A stretch of 64,000 nt of DNA, taken from positions 256,001-320,000 of the forward strand of contig CAVPHD010000003.1 in the NCBI GenBank assembly GCA_963704165.1. The letters run 5' to 3'. The notes beneath the pieces are model-generated. The model saw nothing but the letters and a program-made list of their open reading frames with translations. It ran no database searches and was not told where the DNA came from. Within the stretch, counting starts at the first letter, position 1; each line of letters begins with the position of its first letter. The translations under genes and the position numbers were made by a program. This document shows positions 9,868 through 24,997 of this stretch, in pieces. The stretch is from an uncultured delta proteobacterium. Its GTDB lineage: Bacteria; Myxococcota_A; UBA9160; SZUA-336.

Positions 9868-11288
9868 GCGCGCACCGACGACGATCGAGCCGGGACGATC
9901 GCGGATCGATCTGCGAATCGCCGCCATCGACCGGCCAACATCGGCGCGGCTTCGGGGGCGTCCTCTTCCGCGAAACGCTCGACACAGGCGCGCGCGGCCA
10001 ACGCGTACAGGACCCAGAACTGCGCCGAGATCTGACTCACGTGCAGGATGCCCGAATGCGAGAGGTTGGCGACCAGGTTGTGCGTCGCCGCCGCCAACAA
10101 CACCGCTCCGAGCAGGTACTCCTTCGAGTCGGAGCGCCAGAGCACGCGTCCGCAGCGGTACACTCCCCAGATCAGCCAGGCCAACATGCCCAGACCGATC
10201 AACCCCATCTCGGCTCCGAACTGCACGATCAGATTGTGGGCCTCCTTTCGGTGGTGCATTCCGTACTTCGCTCCGAACTCGGGTGTGCGGAAATGGAAGG
10301 CATTCAGACCGTGGCCCCAGACGGGAGAGGTGGTAAACATGTCGAGGCCGATTCGCGCGAAGGCGAGCCGCGACCCGGTCGAACCATCGACACTGATCGA
10401 CCCGGGTACCAAGTAGACGTTCGCCCCGGTCGTCGTCGTCCACTCGATTCGCTCGCGCACGATCTCCGGCAGGAGTGGCAGGCCCACCGCGACCAGGATC
10501 GCCATCGTCGCGACCGAAACCGCGAGCAGCTTGCGATTGACGAGCAGGAGAAAGACGCCGTGGGCGGCAAAGAACGCGAGCCAGTTCCCTCGCGACAGGC
10601 TGACCACCATCGCCACGGCGGCGAGTCCATAGGTTGCGGCCGCAAAGACGCGCAGACCGCGACCGTGCTCGCGCCCGCGCATGAGGAGGTAGAGCGGTAC
10701 GAACATCATCGGGCCGACCGACTCCGCCAGTCCGTTCGCATTGGCGATGAACCCGCCCGCGCGCTCGCGGCCAACGAGGATGCGCGGGTTGATGTGGAAG
10801 ACGAAATCGAGAACTCCCGCGACACTCGACAGAAAGAGCGCGATGCAGAGCGCGACCAGCACTCGTTGCCGGTCCTCGGGGCTCTGAAGCCACCAGTAGA
10901 CGACGAAGAAGAGCAATATCGTGAAGGTCATGCTCTTCGCTTGCTTGAAAATGAACCAGACGGCGGCGCTGCCATCGACGGCTTGTAGACCCCTGGCCCA
11001 GGGAATCGAAAGGACAAAGGCGATCAGCATGACCACCGCGAACGCGATCACCGGGGCCGAGTAGCGCAGAGGCGGAAGTCGTGCGCCGAAGCGAAGCACC
11101 GTGACCGCGAACGCGACACCGATCAGGATCGTCTCGGTGTTCATGCCCGGAACGGGCAGGCGAGGCGCCCACGGATCCATCGGAAAGATCGCGACCAGTA
11201 GCGCGATGCCCCAGACCGGCCGCCAGAACAGCGTCGCGACGGCGACGAGCACGAGTGCGCTGTACGGGTACTGAAGATGCTCGAGCAT
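9834..11288 (-). CDS. O-antigen ligase / Wzy polymerase family membrane protein
   Basis: Many TM helices; RAGG..NAN, SLSRG, PVWGHG, AHNLIVQ..AEMGLIG. Confidence 0.88.
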   Translation of the reverse strand: MLEHLQYPYSALVLVAVATLFWRPVWGIALLVAIFPMDPWAPRLPVPGMNTETILIGVAFAVTVLRFGARLPPLRYSAPVIAFAVVMLIAFVLSIPWARGLQAVDGSAAVWFIFKQAKSMTFTILLFFVVYWWLQSPEDRQRVLVALCIALFLSSVAGVLDFVFHINPRILVGRERAGGFIANANGLAESVGPMMFVPLYLLMRGREHGRGLRVFAAATYGLAAVAMVVSLSRGNWLAFFAAHGVFLLLVNRKLLAVSVATMAILVAVGLPLLPEIVRERIEWTTTTGANVYLVPGSISVDGSTGSRLAFARIGLDMFTTSPVWGHGLNAFHFRTPEFGAKYGMHHRKEAHNLIVQFGAEMGLIGLGMLAWLIWGVYRCGRVLWRSDSKEYLLGAVLLAAATHNLVANLSHSGILHVSQISAQFWVLYALAARACVERFAEEDAPEAAPMLAGRWRRFADRSAIVPARSSSVRAYIRPEPGTRP

Positions 11289-11295
11289 CGCGTGT

Positions 11296-12471
11296 TCAGC
11301 CGGCCGCGCGCCGGCTGACCTCCTCGTGGTGGTCCGGAGTCGCGACGGCTTCGGCCTGGCTTCGCACCTCGAGCTCCAGGTCGCGCCGCAAGGCCCGGCG
11401 TTCGAGCGCTCGCAGCGCCGCGAAGCCGACGAAGATCAGGGCCAGGAACAACCCCCAGCGCAGAGTCGAGGAAATGCCGCGCGTGCCCAAGCCGACCGCC
11501 GCGCATCCGATGCAGACCGAGTACAGGACCACGAGTGACTCGCCGACCGAGAGCCCGTTGCGAAGCAGGAGGTGGTGAAGGTGTCCTCGGTCCGCGAGCG
11601 TGACCGCGCGAATCATCTCACCCGGCCGCAGACCCTCGGCTCCTCGGGTTCGAAGGTGCAGGAGTCCTCGCCGGAGCACGGCGAGGATGGGATCGAGCAG
11701 CGGCAGTCCGAGCACCAGCAACGGAACGATCAGCGCGACGGCGGCCGGGGACTTCTGGTACGAGGCCATCGCGAGCACCGCGGTCATGTACCCGATCGAG
11801 AGTGCCCCGGCATCGCCGAGAAAGATGCGCGCCGGAGGCAGATTGAAGCGCAGGAACCCGGCCAACGCCCCCGACAGCGCGAGCGCCGCGATCACCGGCA
11901 CCGTCGCACCGTTCTGGTTCGCGAGCAGAAAGACCGTGAGCGCGGTGATCACCGAGACCCCAGCGGCCAATCCGTCGATCCCGTCGATCAGGTTGAAGGC
12001 GTTGGCGACGATCACGATCCAGGCGATCGTCACCACGAACGAGACCGGTGCGGCCGCGGTCAGCAGCAGCTCGAACGGCAGCTCGATCGCTCCGACGCGA
12101 AACCCCAGGGCCCAGGTGAGTGCGGCAATCGCGATCTGGCCCGCGAGCTTGGTCATCGGCCGCATGTCGTACAGGTCGTCCCAGGTGCCGAGCGCGACCA
12201 TCAACAGCGCGCCCAGGCCGAGCGCACCCAGCGACGCGTGGCCGAAGAGCGCGCTGCGAACCGGCTCCACGAAGATCGAGAGCGCGAGGAGTCCGAGCAC
12301 GATCGAGCCGAAGACGGCGACGCCGCCGAGGAGCGCCACCGGTTCCTTGTGCGCCTTGCGTGCCGTCGGGTGGTCGAGATATCCGCGAGCCTGCGCGAAC
12401 CGGATCACCGCAGGCGTCAGCGCCAGCGCCAACAACCACGGAACGATCAGAATCGCTGCAAATACCACCAT
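11296..12471 (-). CDS. Undecaprenyl-phosphate HexNAc-1-phosphate transferase (WecA/MraY, GT4 PNPT family)
   Basis: DHPTARKAH, WDD, NAFNLIDGIDGL, IFLGDAG, ADRGHLHH. Confidence 0.92.
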   Translation of the reverse strand: MVVFAAILIVPWLLALALTPAVIRFAQARGYLDHPTARKAHKEPVALLGGVAVFGSIVLGLLALSIFVEPVRSALFGHASLGALGLGALLMVALGTWDDLYDMRPMTKLAGQIAIAALTWALGFRVGAIELPFELLLTAAAPVSFVVTIAWIVIVANAFNLIDGIDGLAAGVSVITALTVFLLANQNGATVPVIAALALSGALAGFLRFNLPPARIFLGDAGALSIGYMTAVLAMASYQKSPAAVALIVPLLVLGLPLLDPILAVLRRGLLHLRTRGAEGLRPGEMIRAVTLADRGHLHHLLLRNGLSVGESLVVLYSVCIGCAAVGLGTRGISSTLRWGLFLALIFVGFAALRALERRALRRDLELEVRSQAEAVATPDHHEEVSRRAAG

Positions 12472-12504
12472 CGTGCCATCGCCTTCGGCTGCGGGCCCCG
12501 TCGA

Positions 12505-13368
12505 TCAGCTCTTGCCGTAGCCATAAGCGCCGGCGAACGGAACCTCGCTGCTGCTGCAGCGGCTCAGAACGACGCCCATCATCTTGCTCGCATCGAGTCG
12601 CTCGAGCGCCGACTCGACCTCGTCGCGCGGCGCGATTCCCGCGCCGACGACGAAGAGCGCCGCGTCGCAGAGATCCACCAGGGTGACCGTGTCGGGCAGC
12701 CCGAGGACCGGCGGCGCGTCGAAGATCACCGTGGGAAAGCGGGTGTGGAGCTCCGCGACCAGATCGAGCATCGCGCGGGACGCGAGCAGCTCGGAAGGTG
12801 CGGTCGGCAACGCACGGACCGGCAGGATCATGAGCCGCGTGTCGGGTACCGAGATCAAGGCCTCGTCGAGCTTTGCGTCGCCCTCGAGCACCTCCGCGAG
12901 GCCATAGGGTCCGGCCCCCCGGAAGATGTCGTGTACACGCGGCGTACGCAGATCTGCGTCGACCAGGCAGGTGAGTCCCTCGCGCTCCAATCCGAAGCCG
13001 AGCGCGAGATTGGCCGCGGTCGTCGTCTTGCCTTCGCCGGGACGCGTCGACGTGATCACGATGCTGCGCAGCTCACGCGTGCGGCGCAGTGACTGAATGC
13101 GCGCACGCAGCGTGCGGTACTCCTCGGACAAGGTCGCCTCGCCGAGCGCGATCGGCGTCTCGGGCCGAGTCGGCTCCGGCCGCTTCGCCTTGCGACGCGG
13201 AAACCAGCGCCGGGGCTTCGCGGGCGCGCGGGGCACGTCGACCTCGATCGGCGCGCTCCGGACCTCGATCTCCGGCTCGGCGTCGATCTCGGTTTCGATC
13301 TCGACCGAGGGAGGTGCGCCGCGGCGCATCTCCTCGGCCTTCCGGAGCGCATCGTGAATCTTGCCCAT
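12505..13368 (-). CDS. CpsD/CapB-family bacterial tyrosine kinase (stand-alone)
   Basis: EEYRTLR, Walker A GEGKTT, LVDADLRTP, IFDAPP, C-terminal AYGYG. Confidence 0.92.
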   Translation of the reverse strand: MGKIHDALRKAEEMRRGAPPSVEIETEIDAEPEIEVRSAPIEVDVPRAPAKPRRWFPRRKAKRPEPTRPETPIALGEATLSEEYRTLRARIQSLRRTRELRSIVITSTRPGEGKTTTAANLALGFGLEREGLTCLVDADLRTPRVHDIFRGAGPYGLAEVLEGDAKLDEALISVPDTRLMILPVRALPTAPSELLASRAMLDLVAELHTRFPTVIFDAPPVLGLPDTVTLVDLCDAALFVVGAGIAPRDEVESALERLDASKMMGVVLSRCSSSEVPFAGAYGYGKS

Positions 13369-13386
13369 GAAAGATCCTCCCTGGAC

Positions 13387-14313
13387 CTAGAGCTCGGCTG
13401 CGGGTTCGAACCCACGCCGACGCAGCAGCCGTCGCAGAAAACCGGGTTTGCTCTCGCGCGCGCTGCCGTCGCGACCTCGCGCTTGTGGAATCTCCAGGGC
13501 GCCCTCGACGAGCTCGAGATCTCGCGCCGCAGCCTCGACCATCTCTGCGGAAACGCGCTTCGACTGGCGCGAGAACGCGACGATCAGTGCGTTGTCGCAG
13601 AGCACGTTGATCACGCGCGGAATCCCGTGCGAGAAGCGATACACCGCGCGCTCCGCGGCCGCGGTGAAGACGTCGCCGCGCGGATGGCCCGCCACCGTCT
13701 GGCGCTCGCGGATGTAGGCTGCGGTCTCCTGCATGTGCAGGGGGCGGATCGAGTGGCGCAGCTCGACGCGCTGCCGCAGCTGGCGGAGCTGCGGTTGGGC
13801 GAGTTTCTCTGCCAGCTCCGGCTGACCGACGAGCATGATCTGGAGCAGCTTCGACTGCGGCGTCTCGAGGTTCGAGAGCATGCGGATCTCTTCGAGCAGC
13901 GCCTCGGAGAGATTCTGCGCCTCGTCGACGATCAAGAGCGTCTTCAAGCCCTGCTCGAGTCGATCGATCAGATGGCGGTTCAAGCGCGAGAGCGCGGCGC
14001 TCTTTCGGAAGGGCTCGACGGGCTCGATCTCGAGCTCGTCGAGCAGCGTCACGAACAGGTCCTCGACCTCGAGCGAAGTGTTGAAGATGAACGCGGTCTG
14101 CACGTTCGACTCGAGCCGCTCGAGGAGCGCATTCAGGATCGTCGTCTTGCCCGTCCCGACCTCGCCGGTGAGGGTGATGAAGCCCTTCCGCTCCTGCACC
14201 GCGTAGACGAGCGTCGCCAGCGCCTCCGCGTGCCCCTCCGACATGAAGAGGAAGCGCGGATCCGGGTTCACGCGGAACGGATCCGAGGCGAATTCGAAGA
14301 AGGCGTTATACAC
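13387..14313 (-). CDS. ExeA/GspA-like AAA ATPase associated with the EPS locus
   Basis: MYNAFFEFASDPF..NPDPRFLF, GEVGTGKT, IVDEAQNL, GQPEL, GIPRVINVLCDNAL. Confidence 0.92.
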   Translation of the reverse strand: MYNAFFEFASDPFRVNPDPRFLFMSEGHAEALATLVYAVQERKGFITLTGEVGTGKTTILNALLERLESNVQTAFIFNTSLEVEDLFVTLLDELEIEPVEPFRKSAALSRLNRHLIDRLEQGLKTLLIVDEAQNLSEALLEEIRMLSNLETPQSKLLQIMLVGQPELAEKLAQPQLRQLRQRVELRHSIRPLHMQETAAYIRERQTVAGHPRGDVFTAAAERAVYRFSHGIPRVINVLCDNALIVAFSRQSKRVSAEMVEAAARDLELVEGALEIPQARGRDGSARESKPGFLRRLLRRRGFEPAAEL

Positions 14314-15781
14314 GCGCGGCTCCGAAGCGAAGCAGGCGGAAGCGTCCCGCCGGCCGTGCCGCCATCGCCACCTCGGGCACCGCCGCGAGCACGGGAAGAC
14401 CGAGCGAGTTCTGCAGGTCCACCACGCTGTGGAAGCTCCGGTCGCTCATCTCGCGGAGCACGAGCAGTCCGAGTCCGAACATCATGCCGAGCAGCGTTCC
14501 CGCCGTGAACCAGACCGGGCGGTTCGGGCTGATCGGCGCGGTCGGGATCTCGGCCGACTCCACCACCCGGAATCGCTCGCCCTTGTTGTTGGTCTCGATC
14601 GTCTTGCCGATCTCGGCATCGACCTGCTTGAGCTGCAGCGTGCGAATCGACTCGTTGATGTTCTTGTACTGCTGCTCGAGGTGGTCGAGCTCGGCGGCGC
14701 GCCGCGGCGTGTTCTCGATGCGCTGCTCGTACTCGGCGATGTCGGCCTTGAGCCGCTCCACCTCGCCCGCGAGCACCTTCGCGGAGACCTCGTAGTCGCG
14801 CAGCTTGTCGCGCATGGCGAGCTCTTCCTTGGAGGCCGGCGCCGCCTGGTCCTGGTTCTCGGCGATCAGATCGTCGAGCTGCACGATCTCGGCGCGCACG
14901 TGGATGATGTCCGGGTGCTTCTCGGTCTTGCCCTGCGCCAGCTGCCGGTTCAGCTCGATGATGAGCGTGCGCTTGCGCAGGCCCGGGTCGCTCTGATCGG
15001 AGGTGGTGGCGAGGCGCATCTCGGTGAGCGACTCGGTCAGAAGTCGATGCTGATCGCGCGCCTCCTCGAGCTTGGCCTCGGTTCCGGCCAGATCGAAGCG
15101 GTTGCGCTCCAAGCGGTCGCGATTCAGGAGCAGCTGCTCGGGCAGCTCGCCCTGGAAGTTCTCCTTGTAGTCCGTGATCTGGCGGGCGACGTCGGCGAGG
15201 CTCGCGCGCGCCTTCTGGAGCTGCTGGTCGAAGAACTCCATGGTGCCGTCGGCCAGGCTCGTGCGATCACGGAGGTTGGCCGAGATGAAGTCGCGCGCGA
15301 GTCGGTTGGAGACCTCGGCGGCGATCTTCGGATTCGAGAAGCGGAACGCGACCCGGAACGAGTTCAGCTCGATCGGCTTGCGCGGATCGACGATCGCCGG
15401 CGGAAGGGGCGCGATCGAAATCCGCTGGCGCATCTCCTCGACCTGGACCTCGCGCGCGGTGGTCTCGCCCGCGAAGAGGTTGAAGTCGGTGATGATGCTC
15501 GAGAGGCTGTCTCGTGCGAGCAGCTGAAGCTTCAGGTTCTCGTACCGCGTCTCGGTGTCCGACGCGATCGTGTTCGGCGCGAGCTTGTCCGGAATGACGG
15601 GAGGCTCGACGGTGACCGTCGCGACCGCCTCGTATTCCGCGGGCAGCGTCAGCGCCAGCACCAGCGAGGCCACCACCCCGATCGCCATCGGGACGATGAA
15701 CCACCACCGCCGGCGGCGAAGTACCCCATAGATGTCGCCGAGACTCAACCCGGCTTCGTTGCGCGTGTCCCTGGCGGCCAT
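14306..15781 (-). CDS. Polysaccharide co-polymerase / chain-length determinant (Wzc/GumC-like, no kinase domain)
   Basis: N-terminal TM after RRRWW, long coiled coil, HPD motif, AEIPTAPISPNR plus TM, LGLPVLAAVP. Confidence 0.92.
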   Translation of the reverse strand: MAARDTRNEAGLSLGDIYGVLRRRRWWFIVPMAIGVVASLVLALTLPAEYEAVATVTVEPPVIPDKLAPNTIASDTETRYENLKLQLLARDSLSSIITDFNLFAGETTAREVQVEEMRQRISIAPLPPAIVDPRKPIELNSFRVAFRFSNPKIAAEVSNRLARDFISANLRDRTSLADGTMEFFDQQLQKARASLADVARQITDYKENFQGELPEQLLLNRDRLERNRFDLAGTEAKLEEARDQHRLLTESLTEMRLATTSDQSDPGLRKRTLIIELNRQLAQGKTEKHPDIIHVRAEIVQLDDLIAENQDQAAPASKEELAMRDKLRDYEVSAKVLAGEVERLKADIAEYEQRIENTPRRAAELDHLEQQYKNINESIRTLQLKQVDAEIGKTIETNNKGERFRVVESAEIPTAPISPNRPVWFTAGTLLGMMFGLGLLVLREMSDRSFHSVVDLQNSLGLPVLAAVPEVAMAARPAGRFRLLRFGAARV

Positions 15782-15881
15782 TCTTACGTCCTCTCTCTCC
15801 CAAGCGCGGATCGCGCTCTCGTGGGTCGAGACAAACGGCAGCCCCTGGTCTCGATCCCAGGGACGCCCGGGTCGGGCATCA

Positions 15882-15899
15882 TGCCACAAGCGTGCCAAG
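15882..15899 (-). promoter_or_regulatory. Sigma54 (-24/-12) promoter upstream of the co-polymerase operon
   Basis: Minus strand reads CTTGGCACGCTTGTGGCA, 17/18 identical to the site at 9320-9337. Lies in the intergenic gap. Confidence 0.8.
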
Positions 15900-16000
15900 A
15901 GCCCGGATGCCCAAAGCGCCCGGTGCGGGGGGAGGTGGGAAGATGCCTACATATTACGGGAAGCGCACGTACGTCGGCGAGGGGGGCGGCGGCCGGCAGC

Positions 16001-20728
<4,728 letters not shown>

Positions 20729-20734
20729 TCGCTC

Positions 20735-21580
20735 CTAGTCCCGGTGCGCCCGTCGCGCGATCACGCGCGCGTAGGCGTCGCGCTTGGAGAGCCCGGTCTC
20801 GTCGGCGAGGCGGCGGGAAGCGTCGCGCGCCGAGAGACCCGAGTCGAGCAGTCGGTCCGCCTTCCCGTCGACGTCCTCTGGAGTCGCCGCGAGCGGCTCG
20901 TCGTCGGGAGGACCCTCGACCACGATCGTGAGTTCCCCCCGCAACTCCTCGAGAGAGAGACTCCCGAGACTTCCACGCAACACCGTTTCGTGACGCTTGG
21001 TGAGCTCGCGGGCGAGCGCGACCCGCCTCGGGCCGAGGGCGGCGTGGAGATCCGCGAGCGTTGCGCTCGCGCGATTCGGGGCTTCGAAGAGAACGAGCGT
21101 TCCCGGAAATGCGGCCAGCGCGGCGATCGCCCGTGCGCGATCCGCGCCCTTCCGCGGCAGGAACCCGGCGAAGGCGAAGCGCCGCGTCGAGAAACCGCTC
21201 GCGACGAGCGCGGCCAGCACCGCCGACGGTCCCGGGACCGGAACGACGGGAATCCCGGCGTCCAGCGCCGCGCGCACGAGCCGCTCGCCGGGATCGGAGA
21301 CGAGCGGCGTGCCCGCGTCGGAGACGAGCGCGATCGAGTCACCGCGCGAGAGTCGATCGATCAGCTCCGGCACGCGTCTGGCCTCGTTGTGCGCATGCAG
21401 GGAAACGCGCGGCGTCGGGATCGCGAAGCGCTGGCAGATCAATGCGGTGTGACGCGTGTCCTCGCACGCGATCAAAGACACCTCGCGAAGCACGCGCTGC
21501 GCGCGCGGCGACAAGTCCTCGAGATTCCCGATCGGCGTCGCGACGACGTAGACGGTCGCGACCGGGTCCGGTACGGTCAC
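20735..21580 (-). CDS. rsmI: 16S rRNA (cytidine1402-2'-O)-methyltransferase
   Basis: VVATPIGNLEDLS, CEDTRHT, VSDAGTPLVSDPG, ARELTKRHE. Confidence 0.95.
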   Translation of the reverse strand: MTVPDPVATVYVVATPIGNLEDLSPRAQRVLREVSLIACEDTRHTALICQRFAIPTPRVSLHAHNEARRVPELIDRLSRGDSIALVSDAGTPLVSDPGERLVRAALDAGIPVVPVPGPSAVLAALVASGFSTRRFAFAGFLPRKGADRARAIAALAAFPGTLVLFEAPNRASATLADLHAALGPRRVALARELTKRHETVLRGSLGSLSLEELRGELTIVVEGPPDDEPLAATPEDVDGKADRLLDSGLSARDASRRLADETGLSKRDAYARVIARRAHRD

Positions 21581-21610
21581 GTCGCCTCACCCCGAAGACG
21601 AGGCCAGCCC

Positions 21611-21997
21611 ATGTCCGAGAACGATTCGGGGAACACGCGCGCGCGAGGCGCCGCCGGCGAGGCGCTCGCCGCGCGACATCTGGAGCGGATCGGCCTTCGC
21701 ATCATCGCGCGCAACGTACACCTTCGGTACGCCGAGCTCGATCTGGTCGCCCGGGACGGCGCGACGCTCGTGATCGTCGAGGTGCGGCTGCGCTCGAGCG
21801 CGCGCTTCGGCTCGGCCGAGGCGTCCGTCGATGGCCGGAAGCAGCGGCGCATCGCCCGCGCGACAGCGGAGCTGATCGCGCGCGGCGGACTGCCACGATT
21901 CTCGCGCGTCCGATTCGACGTGGTGGCGATCGACGCGAGCTCGACGCCGCCGGTCCTGACGCATTTTCGCGACGCGTTCACGGCGGACGGATCCTAG
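21611..21997 (+). CDS. yraN: YraN (UPF0102) family nuclease-fold protein
   Basis: GAAGEALAARHL, ELDLVA, IVEVRLR, RFDVVAI. Confidence 0.88.
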   Translation: MSENDSGNTRARGAAGEALAARHLERIGLRIIARNVHLRYAELDLVARDGATLVIVEVRLRSSARFGSAEASVDGRKQRRIARATAELIARGGLPRFSRVRFDVVAIDASSTPPVLTHFRDAFTADGS

Positions 21998-23901
21998 AGC
22001 TCGAAGCTCTTCCCCGCGTGCTCGGCCCAGGGCGCGGGCGAGGTCGCGACCTGGATCACCTGCACGACCGATGCGAGGCGCTTGAACGCGCGCGCCAACG
22101 CCCGCTGCTCGGCGTCGCCGCGCGCGGGTAGATCAGGACCGATCAGGAGCGGAACACGGCGATCGGCCGCGAGCGCCTCGAGCAGCGCCAGCTGCACCGC
22201 GAGTCGAACCAGCTCACGCTCCCGATCGGGAAGCGCCGCGAACGGCTGCTCGTCGCGCTCGACTCCGCGCAGAATCCAGGTTCCGCGATCGCCCGCGCGC
22301 GCATTCGTGAACGTCCCCATCGAGAGCGCGCGCAGGTAGACCGGCAGAATCGGAACCAGACGCGCGCGAAGCTCGGCCTCGCTGCGATCGAGCGCGCGCG
22401 AAGCGGCGGCGATCAGGACTTCGGGGCCGATCCCTTCGAGCGTCGGCTCGGGATTCTCGTCGGGTTTCTCGAAGAGGTCGACCGCGGTATCCGCGTCGAA
22501 CGGCGCCCGTGCGGGTGCGATCGCGACCGGCGGCTCCGGAAGCTCCAGCGGCGGCACGTCCGTCGGACACGCATCGAGGGCCGCGCGCGCTTCGCGTACG
22601 GCCGCGCCATCTTCGCCGTCGTGAATCGCTTGCTCCAGACGCTCACGTTCCGCGCGAAGCTCTGCGGTGTAGGTCTCTTCGATCTCCGCGATGCGCTGCT
22701 TCAGCCGATCGGCTCCCTCTCGTTTCTCCGCGAAGCCCCTCGCGGCGGCCTTGAGATCCTCGAGCGAGCTCACCCCGAGCGCAAGCATGAGTCCGCGGAC
22801 CTGGGCTCCGTCGCTCTCGAAGCGCCGCTCGGACGTGCGCTCTCGGACCCGGAGCACGGCGAGCAGGGTCTCGATCCGGTTGAGCTTCGTTCGCACGATG
22901 CGCGTAGCGACGAAGGCGACGAGCAGCGAGAGGATTCCGACCGCGGCGAGCGCGTACCCGATCGGATAGCCGACCGCTCCGGCGGCGGTCCCGGCGATCC
23001 CGAGCGCGAGCCCGAGCGCAATCGGCACGAGCAGACGACGCGGCGAGAGCCGAAGCCGCGCGCGATCGGCTAGCAAATCAGCGCGCGTGTCCTCGACGAC
23101 CGCGCGCTCCTCGTCGTGCTGCGTCGCGAGTAGACGGAAGGCGGCGAGGCGCGCATCGAAATCATCGGCCAGGTCCGCGAGCGGGGAGTTCTCCTCGAGC
23201 TCCGCCAGGCTGGCTTCGTGCTCCCGCACGAGCGCACCTCGCTTTGCTTCGAGATCGCGAAGCTCGCCGAGTCTCACTTCGTCGCGGACGCGATCCACTG
23301 CCACGCTTCGCAGCGCCACTCCGAGCTCCGTCTCCAGCCGAGCACGCTCGCGCGCGAGCGCGCTGATCCGCTGCTCGCGCTCGCTCAGGATTCGCGCCCG
23401 CTCGGCCTCGATCCGGGCCGCCGTCTCGTCCGGACCCGGTCCCGGCTCCATCTCTTCGGGGACGGGCGGGCGGATCGCTTCGGCTGCACCGAGCCCCGCG
23501 GGAAGTCCCGAGCCGAAGACGTGCAGCAGCTCGAATTCTTCCGCGCCGGGAAGCCCCAGCGTTTCGAGCTGCGCCTCGACGTCGTGCGGGCCGCTCGCGA
23601 CGGCTCTGGCAGGTCCACCGTTCGCAGCGAGTCGACCGAGCGAGATGCGTCCACGCGCGAAGTCCGCGGCGACCAGGCATCCGTCGGACCGCAGCGCGAG
23701 CGTCAGAACGGCACGTCCGCGCGAATCGATCTCGGCCACGCGGGCGCTCTCGGGGTGGAGCAGCGCGCGTGTCAGCGCGAGCAGTCTTCGAGCGGTCTCA
23801 GGCTCCGAGACACGCAGGACCGTGTAGCCGGGATCGAGAGCGAGCTGATGATCGCCGCTCGGCGAGGTCAGTCCGCGAAGCTGGATCCCGTGGACCCTCA
23901 T
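21994..23901 (-). CDS. SMC/Rad50/YhaN-like coiled-coil membrane protein with degenerate ATPase motifs
   Basis: N- and C-terminal segments follow the split ABC-ATPase head pattern, coiled coils flank a central two-TM hairpin, and the ATG overlaps the rplS stop (ATGA). Confidence 0.65.
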   Translation of the reverse strand: MRVHGIQLRGLTSPSGDHQLALDPGYTVLRVSEPETARRLLALTRALLHPESARVAEIDSRGRAVLTLALRSDGCLVAADFARGRISLGRLAANGGPARAVASGPHDVEAQLETLGLPGAEEFELLHVFGSGLPAGLGAAEAIRPPVPEEMEPGPGPDETAARIEAERARILSEREQRISALARERARLETELGVALRSVAVDRVRDEVRLGELRDLEAKRGALVREHEASLAELEENSPLADLADDFDARLAAFRLLATQHDEERAVVEDTRADLLADRARLRLSPRRLLVPIALGLALGIAGTAAGAVGYPIGYALAAVGILSLLVAFVATRIVRTKLNRIETLLAVLRVRERTSERRFESDGAQVRGLMLALGVSSLEDLKAAARGFAEKREGADRLKQRIAEIEETYTAELRAERERLEQAIHDGEDGAAVREARAALDACPTDVPPLELPEPPVAIAPARAPFDADTAVDLFEKPDENPEPTLEGIGPEVLIAAASRALDRSEAELRARLVPILPVYLRALSMGTFTNARAGDRGTWILRGVERDEQPFAALPDRERELVRLAVQLALLEALAADRRVPLLIGPDLPARGDAEQRALARAFKRLASVVQVIQVATSPAPWAEHAGKSFEL

Positions 23902-24302
23902 GCGTCCGGAGTCGTCGCTTCCTTCGCTGCCGGTGTCGCGGTCTCGCCGCTCGTCGTCGCGAACGCATCGCGCTCCTTGATCCTCGCGGCCTTGCCGGAC
24001 AGCTGGCGCAGGTAGGTGAGCCGGGCGCGCCGGACGCGTCCACGCGCCTTCACCTCGATCTTGGCGATCGTGGGCGAGTGCAGCGGGAAGATGCGCTCCA
24101 CGCCGACGCCGTACGAGACCTTGCGCACCGTGAAGCTCGCGGAGCTCCCGCCGCGCCGACGCTGCAGGACCACGCCCTCGAAGACCTGCACGCGCTCCTT
24201 GTCGCCTTCCTTGATCCGCACGTGCACACGCACCGTGTCCCCCGCACGGAAATCAGGGTATTCCTTCGCTCCGATCTGTCCGACTTCGGAAATCTGTCTC
24301 AT
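23898..24302 (-). CDS. rplS: 50S ribosomal protein L19
   Basis: [49 protein letters not shown]. Confidence 0.97.
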   Translation of the reverse strand: MRQISEVGQIGAKEYPDFRAGDTVRVHVRIKEGDKERVQVFEGVVLQRRRGGSSASFTVRKVSYGVGVERIFPLHSPTIAKIEVKARGRVRRARLTYLRQLSGKAARIKERDAFATTSGETATPAAKEATTPDA

Positions 24303-24997
24303 CACTTCGCTCCCTTGGATTCGAGTAGATCGGGCCGGCGTTCGCGCGTCAGCCGTTCGGCCTCTTGCGCGCGCCAGCGCTCGATCTCTGCGTGGTTGCC
24401 CGAGAGCAGTACCTCGGGAGTTCCGAGCCCGCGGAACTCGCGCGGGCGGGTGTACAACGGGTGTTCGAGCCGATCGCCCGAGAACGAGTCCGCCTCGGCC
24501 GAGACCGGATTTCCGATCACGCCGGGAACGAGTCGCGTCACCGCTTCGGTCACGACCAACGCCGCTAGCTCCCCCCCTGCGAGGACATAGTCCCCGATCG
24601 AGAGCGACTCCGCACCCGTGGCCGCAAAGATCCGCTCGTCGAAACCGGCGTAGCGGCCGCAGAGCAGCACGAGCTGGCGCTCGCCGGCGAGCTCTCTCGC
24701 GAGCGCCTGATCGAAGCGGCGGCCGCGCGGGCAGAGCGCGATGATCCGAGCGCCCGGCTTCGCGATCGCCTCGATCGCCGCGACGACCGGCTCGCACTTC
24801 AGAACCATCCCGTCGCCGCCGCCGAACGGAGCGTCGTCGACGGTGTGGTGGCGGTCGCCCGCGAACTCGCGCAGATCGGTCACGCGGACGTCGAGCACGC
24901 CCTCGCTCCGCGCGTGTCCGAGCAGCGAGCCGGCGAGGAAGTGCTCCACCAGCTCGGGGAAGATCGTGACGACGTCGATGCGCGGGCCGGCGCTCAT
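24302..24997 (-). CDS. trmD: tRNA (guanine37-N1)-methyltransferase
   Basis: [43 protein letters not shown]. Confidence 0.96.
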   Translation of the reverse strand: MSAGPRIDVVTIFPELVEHFLAGSLLGHARSEGVLDVRVTDLREFAGDRHHTVDDAPFGGGDGMVLKCEPVVAAIEAIAKPGARIIALCPRGRRFDQALARELAGERQLVLLCGRYAGFDERIFAATGAESLSIGDYVLAGGELAALVVTEAVTRLVPGVIGNPVSAEADSFSGDRLEHPLYTRPREFRGLGTPEVLLSGNHAEIERWRAQEAERLTRERRPDLLESKGAK

